From: Trichoplax sp. H2
Lineage: Eukaryota
DNA: 55,286 bases
Assembly (NCBI GenBank): GCA_003344405.1
Contig: NOWV01000307.1
Location: forward strand, 1 to 55,286
Direction of reading: 5' to 3'
Made by a program: the position numbers and the translations under genes. The notes under the pieces were generated by a model. The model had not been told where the DNA came from, searched no databases, and saw only the letters and a list, made by a program, of their open reading frames with translations. Of the stretch, positions 27,301 to 39,100 are shown piece after piece (within the stretch, counting starts at the first letter, position 1; every line of letters begins with the position of its first letter).

Positions 27301-29817
27301 TCAGATTCTTACCTATGTATATGCGCTTTGAGTACCTGCCCATTAGCAGTAAAACGAAAACATGCAGAGGTATTAAGTTAATAATAAAAACATAGCCACC
27401 CCATGCAGATACCTGTAATATATAAAACAATTAGTGTATCGTCCAAAATTTTGTTACTTCTAATGTAATTGATATTTGTGTTTCTCACCATATAAAAATA
27501 AGACAGCGCAGTGCAACTTGACCAAAATAAAGACCCAGTTTTGATCGATTTAATCTGTAATCATTATTGATAATAACGTTATAGTACGATGAGTATCATA
27601 ACAGTAGCAGTTGTAGTAAAAGTTAGATAAATAAGCCATTTCTAATTCTAATGTTATGGTATCGTTGACTAATAAAAGCTCGACGAAATTGATATCAAAG
27701 TATTGAAACTTACCCATAGAAAGTAGGTAAAGATTAAGGCGAAGATAGCTATGCCTTCGTTATCATAAGAACCAGCAACAGAACGTGATGTGTAGCCAGG
27801 TACGATAGCCATCATGACAGCGGCCAATAAACCAGCCCTTTCATTCCATAACTCTCTTGTTAAACCATAAGCAGCTAAGGACGTAAATCCACTAAATCAT
27901 GGCATAGTGAACAATATTAATGATTCTACAAATAATTTATACGCCAAATAATTGAACAAGATATTGTATTCATTCCATCTACGAAAGTTTTCGACATTTA
28001 AACTACCTGAAAATTGGAGCTAGGAATACACAAATATCACGAATATGAATGGATATGTTAAGACTGTTAAGGATGAAATGAATGCTACTAGCAGTTATCA
28101 TCAGTCCAGGGTAGACCTAAGCCAAAATGAAAAAAATAATGTCATTCATTACCTGTTTGATACTAATTCAATTACGGTGGAAGCTATTCAACTTTTGTAC
28201 AACTTACGGTTCCACCGACAATTCTGCCCAACGGATACCAAGCACGTTCATCAAACCAATTGAGGAAATTGTAAAATCCATTTTCAGCCATATGATGTGT
28301 CGCACGATAATTGAACCTTTTACAAACGTAGAAGGCAATAACGTTAAAAATGAGACAGTTTACTGTATCATGGCTTCTACATGACTGCAAATGTCTGTAA
28401 TATCGTATCCTTTGCACGCGATCAAGGGGTGTTAGGCGAGCGAGTTTTAGCTCATTATGGACTTGTACACAATGTAATACCGTTCATGACGTGCGCTAGT
28501 TCAATGGAGTCCTGTTAACGTAGAAATTATCCACCAGGATTCACGTTCTATATAGACCGATTGATAGCTTATTTTGTAGCAACTAAAACAGATCAAGCTA
28601 TTGAATTCACCCTGTTCTTCAATTAGGATCACCTATCAACTTCTACTCGGTATGTATCTGCTTCGAGGATTTGTTTTGTAGGTCAATACGAGCATGCTAA
28701 AAATTTATTCTATCGTACCCTAAGTCTTACTGCCTATAGCCAATGACACGAGCATACTATTCTACCTCGATATTTATAAAGCACTAAAATGTAAAATGTA
28801 GTAGTAAATGCATTGTCTATCCAAGTCGTGGACAGTTGATTGTATCAAGATTTTAATGATTCAGTACATATTGGTGATAAGAAGTAAACCCAATTAGTCA
28901 TGTTTCATGGAGTGGAGAAGATCAGATTGTCTATTGTGATCTGATTGTGATCTATCGAATGATGAAGATTTACGGGTAAAAAGCTCAATCGATCAAACAA
29001 GTATGATCAGCATTGCATCCATTGATTATAATACCATGGTATGGAGTGGAGAAGATCAGATTGTCTATTGTGATCTGATTGTGATCTATCGAATGATGAT
29101 GATTTACGGGTAAAAAGCTCAATCGATCAAACAAGTATGATCAGCATTGCATCCATTGATTATAATACCATGGTATAGAGTGGAGAAGATCAGATTGTCT
29201 ATTGTGATCGGATTGTGATCTGTCGAAAGATGATGATTTACGGGTAAAAGCCAAATAGATCAAACAAGTATGATAAGCATTGCATCCATTAATTATAATA
29301 CCATCGTATTGGAAGTTGTAGAACAAGACAACAGCTTGACTAAAGACAAGTCCTATTTCCCTCCTGTTCTTGCCATCCTTGATTGAAGGCTACAATTTGA
29401 ACTAATTTGCCCATGGGTAATTACTATGTTATCTGATGGTACAAAAGAGGCGAATAAAAGAATTAGATACTGTCATTCTAAGATTCAATAACGTGGCTAC
29501 CTATTCGACTGTCGTTGACTCCGTTTTAAAATAAAAAAGAACAGTCGACAGCCATTGATTCAAGTCAAGAGCAAACTGTATTCGCGCTATCATTGTGGTT
29601 GAAGACAAGTGTAAGCATGACGGAAAAAGACGCATTCTACAGGCAATCAAGCGTTTACTGACCATGGATCGAATTCATGGATAATACTCTCGAATCGGAT
29701 GACCGCAAACAACCTTGAAGCAAATCCTAGTAGACAGCATGATGTCAGCACAATAATCACGAGTAATGATTTAAACCCAGCTAAGCTTTTTTCCGCCGCT
29801 ATCATTTGGTCCGCCAT
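24357..29817 (-). CDS. STT3B: Dolichyl-diphosphooligosaccharide-protein glycosyltransferase catalytic subunit STT3B (multi-exon)
   Basis: Motifs [55 protein letters not shown] (~25570-25600), [20 protein letters not shown] and HWLVRIYK. The Lys/Arg-rich tail [26 protein letters not shown] is typical of STT3B rather than STT3A. ATG at 29817, stop at 24357-24359. Confidence 0.95.
28907..29308. repeat. Tandem array, 3 x 134 bp, in STT3B intron 1
   Basis: Unit beginning ATGGAGTGGAGAAGATCAGATTG recurs at 28907, 29041 and 29175, nearly identical. Confidence 0.95.
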
Positions 29818-30402
29818 ATTGGATTCAAACCAATGTGCTGCTGGTAACGTCGAGGCACAATAAGAGCTCAACGTGCCTTTCTTTCTGGTCGACACTTGGG
29901 GAGTGCAGTGCGCCTGTGCAATGGAACCACTTGAGATCGACATGACACACCGCACCGCCAATGGCTCATACTGGAGACACTGGACGGTGGACCGTGGACA
30001 GTAGAGTACAGTTCTGCCGTTATCCTGTACTGTATGACAAAAGGAAAGCAAGGTCAATTTTGGGGGAAAATTCAATTTTGGACGATAATTACTTCTTATC
30101 ATGACTTATTAGGGTAGAATGGAACGGCAGACTCAATTTCGTGCTGTTCCTAGTATTCTCTACCTCATTTTTGGACTCATTTAGCACAGTACTACCTCCG
30201 AAAATGGAATTTCTACCGAACTGGACGCTCACTGTACAGTACGAGTACTGTACACAGTCTACAGTGTACAGTATAGTACACTGTAAACGGTACTGTAGCA
30301 AAATGTTGGCTATCTGGACTAGACCTGAGAACGGTTCGGTTCGGTTTGGTTCAATACCTTTATGATCTATGTTCTAGACATCGTGCAGTATGAGAAATGA
30401 GA

Positions 30403-30992
30403 ATATTTCATCAACTCAGCGGTAGTTCCATTTGAATTAAAATGGAGGCCATCAATGTTGCTAGTAAATTGACTCATTTCGATAGCAACGAATGTTCATC
30501 GTCCTTCGTTGACTTCCAACGAGTTCAATGAGTAATAGACTACAACTCTTTGGATAAAATAAAATGGATTTGCGAGTAAAGAATATCCACACAGGAGGTT
30601 GATATTTCATCAACTGAACGGTAGTTGCATTCGAATTGAACTTGAGGCCATCCATGTGGCCAGTAAATTGACTCATTTCGATAGCAACGAATGTTCATCG
30701 TTGACTTCCAACGAGTTCAATGAGTATAGACTACAACCCTTTGGATAAAATAAAATGGATTTGCGAGTAAAGAATATCCACTCAGTAGGTTGATATTTCA
30801 TCAACTGAACGGTAGTTGCATTCGAATTGAACTTGAGGCCATCCATGTGGCCAGTAAATTGACTCATTTCGATAGCAACGAATGTTCATCGTCCTTCGTT
30901 GACTTCCAACGAGTTCAATGAGTAATAGACGACAACCCTTTGGATAAAATAAAGTGGACGTGCAAGGAAAGAATATCCACACAGGAGGTTGA
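30403..30992. repeat. Tandem array, 3 x ~191-199 bp, upstream of STT3B
   Basis: Unit beginning ATATTTCATCAACT recurs at 30403, 30602 and 30793. Confidence 0.95.
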
Positions 30993-31703
30993 CATGCGTT
31001 CATACTGGACGCTATATACCATTCCATGAATCTTTCCTAGTTCATACTGTCTTTACGAGTACCGTATATATTGCTACGGTGTTAAGAATGCCGTTGTCTT
31101 TGCAACAATCCAGATGACCACTACGCTCATAAAAATCAATCAGTTCAAACGAAACATCCTTGGCCTTTCAAAATACTGTACTACTAGCTAATTTTAGTAA
31201 TTGAGTGTATTTTAACGGAATCAAGATGATCTTGTACTTTCAACTCTGCAACTACGGTAGATCGTTTAATGGATGGTATCTAGAATCTCCAGGATGAGGC
31301 ATTGCACCATTGGCAATGTTTCGTGGGCCTTCACTACGGCCTGTTCGACAATTCTACTGTCCTGTATAGTGTACAGTGTACTGGAAGTGGTCCTTGAGCG
31401 CGCAGTCCAGTCCAGTCTATATGAGTAACTTCAACACATTTTATGTCAATTTAAATTACATATTCGCATAAAGTGTCTTTTTTCCAATCAAATGATACCA
31501 AATTTGTCGAATAAGGACTTAAAATTATAATTTCATATAGTTTCAATCGTCGGGAAAGACTTTTGAGGCACGCTCTCTACTGTAGACCTTTTACCCGACA
31601 GAACATGTAATAAAGTCACCGCTACGTCCATGCACGTCAAAGAGCCTATGCATTTGTATTATAAAAAATTATAAAAATAAAAAAATGGATACATCATACT
31701 GCA

Positions 31704-32230
31704 GTACCAAAATAGTATTGTGCACATTCTGCAATCTGATTCATTTCGATGGCTCTCTGAAAAGATAGAATTGTGGAAGTTCAATCAGGCCTAAACTACA
31801 TCACTTCTATATGTAGTTGTATCAGTGGAGATATCCTTCTACAGCTATATTTATAAATATCATACAGGAATTTCAACGGAATACAACTTTGATTCTTGAA
31901 CGAAGGATAGAATTGTAGAAGTTCAATCAGGCCTAAACTAGATCAATTCTATATGTAGTTGTATCTGTGGAGATATCCTTCTACGGCTATATATAAAAAT
32001 CATACAGGAATTTCAACGGAATACAACTTTGATTTTTGAACGAAGGATAGAATTGTAGAAGTTCAATTAGGCCTAAACTAGATCACTTCTACATGGAGTT
32101 GTATCTGTGGAGAAATTCTTCTACGGCTATATATAAATATTATACAGGAATTTCAACGGAATACAACTTTGATTTTTGAACGAAGAGGTGCCATCGAAAA
32201 TAGTCAGACTATAAATACTAAATTGGTCCA
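31704..32230. mobile_element. Inverted-repeat-bounded element containing 3 x ~140 bp tandem units (non-autonomous TIR/foldback-like)
   Basis: Units begin GATAGAATTGT at 31764, 31906 and 32046. The left flank AATCTGATTCATTTCGATGGCTCTCT matches the reverse complement of the right flank (AGTCTGACTATTTTCGATGGCACCTCT). Confidence 0.6.
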
Positions 32231-33199
32231 AAAATGACCAGATTAATGAACGAATCGGAACGGGCGAGCGATCAAGCAGAATGATGATATGGTGGCACAA
32301 TGGTATAAGAGCATTCTTACCTAGAAATAGTCATGAAGTAAAATTCCTTCAAAATGATAAAGCAGTAGTATAAGGAATCACAATCGCTTTTTGGCCTACA
32401 TTCATAGCAAAATCTGTCTTGATCGATGGAACTACCAATATCATAGGCTTATGCTTTGTAGAAGCATTCCTACTCTATTCTCTCTCTGATGGCATAGCTC
32501 TATCTTTGTAACAACACCTAATTACATGTATTCGTAATTGGACAATAAATATACCTCTATCCTCATCAATCTACGAACATCTTTTCCATTTGAACTAATT
32601 ATTATTACTAGCGTAACATTGATCTGGTCAAGGTCTTCTATATGTGATAGACGTATTATTTTGACGGTAGTTTATTGTACACTGGATGAGAACTACGAGC
32701 ATTTTACAGACAGATTCAATTTTTGAATCGACGGTTGTAATAGCAAATTTAATTTTTATTTATGTCCTTTTGGTTAATAATACAGTACAGTACTGTATAC
32801 ATAAAAATGGTTGTAGAGAGAGCAGTCAATTTCATTTATATGTTGATTAAAGCATCTGACAGTAACATTGCTGTATGATAGGATTGATAGACTATATATA
32901 CTCGTACTTGTATTAGTCATAAATAAATAGAATAATTCAATGAATTAAAAGGTAGTCAACATACATCGACATACTGCTTCTCATACTACTGTATGTCCTG
33001 TTACTGTTAAGATTTCAAGCGTTTCTCTTCATTTATTTTTAGTAAATCAATTAATACGGCAATTCTGGTTATACTCCGAGTACTAAAGTCTAAACCTTTC
33101 CAATCCGTGACGGTAAAACTGCCGTCACGTTAATGCGCCAGCTACGCTGATTATATCCACCTGCGCTCACACTCTATCAGGGGTTTCCATCACATGCTT

Positions 33200-33313
33200 A
33201 TCCATCCGTATCCCGCAGTCTCTTATAAAATACACACCTTATCACAATTTCAATTAATCCATCCGTATCCCCCAGTCTCTTATAGAATACACACCTTATC
33301 CCAATTTCAATCA
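33200..33313. repeat. Tandem repeat, 2 x 57 bp
   Basis: ATCCATCCGTATCCC.CAGTCTCTTATA.AATACACACCTTATC.CAATTTCAAT at 33200 and 33257. Confidence 0.9.
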
Positions 33314-36165
33314 ATGTACATCCATTCAGATTCCGTCGTATCCAAAACGTTGCTCACCGGTATACGTATAAACGCCACTGTAAAATAATATCAATCGGCT
33401 AATAAAAGTGCCACGTAGTATTTGGTGTGTAAAACGATATTTATATGCGTAAATAAACGTAAGTAGTTTGAAATGCTACTGACTTGGTGTAGAAGGTATC
33501 AGTGCTATCGAAAATTAACTCTGTTAACTCTGCATATAAAAACTCTACACCGCGATACAAAAACATCACCCGGCTTATGCAGATGCTAATTTGGTATAGA
33601 AACGCTGCTGGCCCGGGACTAAACTAATCTCTCCTACAATTATACAAGTCTAGAAATGAATCAGGAACTACCATCGAGAGAATTTGAGCAGTGAGCATTT
33701 CCATTTAGATAAGCTACTGTTAGAAGTCAATTATGCTCAAGCCGTTTAGTGTTTTCCTACGGCTCGGACATAGTATTTCAGAGGCCAGCTGTACTGTAGT
33801 GGTAAATGGGTGAACGGGCATTTCTCTCCTCCTTCCCTCAACTAAAGAATACGAAAGGAGAATTCCGTTCCGCATCGAATAATTAGGAAAGCAGTGACTT
33901 TAGTCATGAACTTTTCAAAAATAATACCTGGATGTCTTTCGTAGTATAAACATGGAACGGTACTGAACATTGAGCAGTTGGCAAGTCGTTCATTCTCGAA
34001 ACTAGGAGTTCTATGATTAAATGGAAGTAGGTTAAGACAGCACTTACAATAATTTACAGTCGAAATTTTATTAACTCGATTAAAGTAAATGTATCAAATG
34101 AGAACAATTTTAATATCCTGATCAACTAATATCTAATAGGCGCAGCTACAATGCGGTATTTGCGGTTAGAAGTAGAAACTATCTACCCACCTATCATTGT
34201 TAAGTGCTGTAAAGAAACAGTTTCAGTGAACTGACAAGGCCTAACATTGCCTTAAAACTGAATTAAGAAAGTCAGGGAAAATGGTAAACACTACCAAAGA
34301 TGTCAATATTAACCTAATTACAAGACTATGTTGTATTGCTTTCCTCTATGGAGTCACAAAACACTGTAGTTCGTGACATGCTGTACTCTGTAAGCGTTGA
34401 TCTGATAATTTTAATCTTTGTCCATGAATGGCTTGAAAATAAATTGATGTAAAAAATAAAAGCTATCGTTGATAATCGTTATTATTCATTCATCATACGA
34501 TATGATGATGTCATCTCAACACGGAGGAGAAAATTGAGACATTGTAATTAAATCAATGGATCGGAAGGGAAGCATTATAGTCATTCTATTCTACGCTATT
34601 GGCTGCGAATAAAAGTAACCATGCTGCTATCAAATCAGATTCATTTACACCGGAATTTAGCTAACACGCTGATAGATAATTATATCTTAGTGATATGTAT
34701 AGATAGAAGATATAAATGATTCATGGGCCAGGATCGAGTGGGTTGTTCATTTTCATAAGTTGGATTTGAATCCAAATTGTTCGCAAAAGTAATCAACCAG
34801 AATTAAAATTAATTCAGTGATTGATTGACAAGGGTACGATCTCGTTGTTGACAGAAACGTTCAGAATAAATGTAAGGTAAGAATGTGTTGATATCTTAAT
34901 CATGGAGTCGAATAATGAATAACAAAATATAGATATACCTATTACTTTCACGTTCAAGTATACAGCTCTACAGTCGAAGAATATCAATATCAATCAATGA
35001 TGCTGTAATAAAATGAATACTTTTCGCTAAGTTACTACTTTAGACTATTTTTCTAATCGATAAATTATAGATATTCTTTAAATTTCATAATAAACTCCCC
35101 TAGTGGATGTATGAGGGTTTCAACATCAATATAAAGTCCTGAAGATAATCTGTCAAGGCGATCTTTATTTAATTGCATTTTACATTTTTGCCTCTTCTGT
35201 TGATTAGTGTTTATCATCCTGACTATTTGCCCTCATCATTATACAGTAATTCATTTAGAAGAGTAATTACTGATCAGAAACACCAATGCTATTTATAGAT
35301 CTGCCATTAAAATATCATTAACTACTTGTAATAGATAGTTTCGATACGGAAGTAAGCAAAATACATTAAAAATGTTTACTACAGATTAGTATCGTGGCAT
35401 CATGTAATTTATCATTTGGCATCAGATTTTTATTTCATCTTTTAGATACTATTATTAAATTACTGACGTAATTATAGCTCCAACGCATTAAGATATAAGG
35501 CCATCATGAAGCTTCCTAATATTGTATATTATATAATATGCTAACTTATCTAATTAGCTTATTTGAGACAAAGCAGACGGGAAATAAGTTATAAGTTGAA
35601 CTATAAGCATTATGCCAATTTACTTGCTTGAAAGGTGAACTGTAATTGCCTTTAAAGAAACTAAAATACACATATTGTCTAATTCCTCTCATTTACTGAT
35701 TCTTATATTTTCATGTTTATTGTTTTACTGCCGATATTTACTTAGAATAAGATAAAATTACGTTAATTCAATAAATATCGTGGCGATTGCAGTTGTCTAA
35801 CGTTGATAAAAGTTTTTTTTACTCTTACCGTGTTAGTATTTTCTGATAAAAGATAGTTTATAAGTAATTCTAATCTTTTCCATTTTAACGGATGACTTTT
35901 TTCAGAAAATTGATTAAAATTAACCCAAATTTATCGAGTTCTATTTTCTAACATAATATGCAAGGCTAAAAATGGCCATAAAGGATGAAATTTGATATTG
36001 TTGATACACTGATCTCGATTTAATTAGAATAACTGAAATATAGTTGATATGTATATGTTATACTGAATACAGACAAGAGTTTAAGCATTAATCTTGTCCC
36101 GTTGTTGTAGATAATATTTTGATATCAATTAAACTGCTTTATTTAAATTCATGATTTTATCTAGG

Positions 36166-39100
36166 ATGAAGAAGAGAAATTTTAAATCCAAGAATAGACT
36201 CAGCAAATATTCTCAGCACAGCGCTCTGGTTGAATCAGAAAGTATGGAGGACAGAAAAACAGCTTTGAAGGTTGGTTATATCTTCGTCATGTATTGTCGC
36301 AAGGGATGTTTCGCTTCTAAGTAGGTTGTCATCTCTTAACTAATCTATTTGGCTATATGACAAAATAATTTATTACGGCAGGAACAAGCTATATTGTTGC
36401 AAGGGATTTTCGATAAGTTAACTACTGAGACTAACGAAGATATGATCATGAAGATGCTAGAATATAACATCGAATTACCCGAAGAAGAATCAGCGGTAAA
36501 TCGCTACTTACGGTATCGCAGTGTTATGAACAGTAACAAAGCAAATATATGTTGATAAATCGTCTTTTAGGTACATTTCATTTTATTATATAGGATTTTC
36601 TTAAGGTTTCATTTACTACATTTTATTAGAATATTTTAGAATTATGCATTTATGGCATGGCTTTTGGTGCAGAATTGATTTGTCCTCGTTGTCGCAGTGG
36701 TACCTTTTACGATTATGTTAATCGGTATATATTCACATAGTGGAATATGTTAAGTTTAAATCGACGCTGCATTTAAGCTACAGCTAAGATTGATAGATCC
36801 ATAAAAGTCTTTCCTCCTATAAAATTTTGTCGCCATGATCTATCTTAACTAATATTACAATCAAGTAATAGCTTCATATTTTTCTCTTTCAATTCAATAG
36901 CGGAAAAACGCAGTATAAAGCATGCAATCACCCAGCCTGCAATCACAAGGTCAAGAGAGTAGACAAAAAGTCATGGAAGGTTCCTGATGATGCAAAAGCT
37001 CGATCACCATTTTTGTATGATCATGTTTCTATCGTTGCAATGAAATTTCAATTTCGTAGTAGTAACTTTAGCAGCCTTATTTATGATATCATTTATTTGT
37101 AAGAATTATATTTATTTCTAAAACTATTATTGCTTGCTAATAAATAGAATTAATTTAATAATGATATTAAAAGTAAATTGTGTTTTGTTTTCTGTTATAG
37201 GAGAGAATTTACATTTGTACCACATAAACGGATACCAACCGAAGTTCTAAAAGGACATCAGGTTCTTTCTACACAAGGCAATGAATTATGCAGGTTAGTG
37301 TTGGCTTTAATTGAATGCTAATCGAGTTCCAGGTGATATAATATAATCTTTACGAACTGTAATCTTCAGTAAAGTAATATAAATTAAATCTACAATCTGC
37401 AATCGTACTTATGTTATTAAAAGGGGGAAACTTTTATATATCAAGCCGTTGGGTGATATTCAAATCAGTATTATCGGGAATCTTAAACGAGACAAGGTAT
37501 AGACTGATATATTTCAAGATTAAACAGTTAATAGATTGGTTTAGTGACATACTAACTTAAGATGAAGTCTGGATAGATAGAAATGGACTACTGCCATCAA
37601 ATATATTCATACTGTTAATTTTACTAGTTGACCGCAATAGAGCAGTTAGAATACTTGGGAGCTTCCATTCATACAAAGATCTCAAGTTACATCGATCTCT
37701 GTATTTGTTCTCTTGGTCAGTGAATTCATCAACGATTTTATTATAGAGATTAGTTAAAATTTTTTTCAAATTCAGGCAATAAGTATTAATACAAGCATTT
37801 GGTTTTATAGCGGAATTAGAATCAAATCATAATGAATGGACGGAAATGAAAAATTTTAAGTTGCCTATTGTAGCTGAGGAATTTATCGATAGCTTTGGAA
37901 AAAGCAACAGACAAGATCTTAATACCCTTATCTTAAAATATAATATAGCTGACTGGATTAGTAAAAAGGTAAATCTTCATGCCATTATTATAGTTAATAA
38001 AGCGCAAGTCATACGATCTTTAGGGTTTATAATCTGTATAAATGAGAGTCTGATAATTAATTATGAAAATACTTATATTTAGGATATAAAAATTGCGAGT
38101 CGACGTTATGGTACGTAAACTACTATTAAGCTTGCCTAATATAAGTTTGTAAATTATTTTATGTTATTGCAAGGTAAAAGCTATAAATTACGAAATACAT
38201 TATTATTTTAATGCTTATGCTATAAATAGGGTACTATTCCACTAAAGTCTTTAGATCGTCAGAAAATCCAATCACGGATTCTCTGAAAGGTATCGTAGAT
38301 CGTCGCTAATATTACGTTAGAAATTGCTGTAACTAATTTATAATTTATGAGTGAGGGCGTGATAGGTAATATCACCAAACTGCGTACCTGATCTTTTGCT
38401 ATAACTCAAAAATGAAATTCATTAATTACAGTTTTATTGTAAAAATATTAAATAACGGCACCGATAACTTATATTTTAAGCCTTAATTATCGCTGTCTAT
38501 GTTTTCTGGAATTACTAGACATATCTCATTAATAGCCTTATAAATTTTCAAAACACCGCATAATAAGATAAAGAAAACATGCATTGTCCGTAGTTGCTAA
38601 GCATACACTGAATAGCTTAACGCTTATATGTATTAATAGTAATTCCAACATTATACTCGTGTATTGTTCTATAGGTCTGCATAAAAAATTTTGTGTTTTA
38701 GAAGAATCTGGTAATCTATATAGTACTGTAGTAGAACATAATGATGATGGACAATTACCAGCCCTAACAAAGTTGCAAGCCCTGGCTCATCTTACTTCCG
38801 ATATGTTAGTACTGAATTAGATTGCGAATATTTTGAGACTGCTTTATACTACCTACAGAAGTAATAATACTTAAAAATTTCTAGTCCCATAGCTTTATTG
38901 CTATCGTCTATGTAATATTTTAGGTTCTGTGTTGTTATCATTGATAATGATGAAGGCAGCCTTGATGAAAATTTTTATCGGTTTGAAGTTCAGGTAACGT
39001 TATCAACGCTAAGCAGCAATTTTACAATTATAATAAAGGAAAAGATTTATTTATGGTAACGATTTCGTTGAATGACATTAATTAATGTAGTTTTTAAAGT

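Noticed and set aside
29818..30102. N-terminal extension of STT3B suggested by the 151-aa ORF
   Set aside because: STT3-like sequence begins near [10 protein letters not shown] (29817); the upstream part is more likely 5' UTR or promoter.
30461..31027. Three similar minus-strand ORFs (MSQFTGHMDGLKF...)
   Set aside because: They are by-products of the ~199-bp tandem array; unit lengths are not multiples of three and the frames shift between units.
28907..32185. Regularly spaced repeats as a CRISPR-like array
   Set aside because: Whole units repeat head-to-tail with no unique spacers, the context is eukaryotic, and there are no cas-like ORFs.
32291..32350. tRNA A-box-like TGGCACAATGG
   Set aside because: No B-box (GTTCRA) and no cloverleaf could be built.
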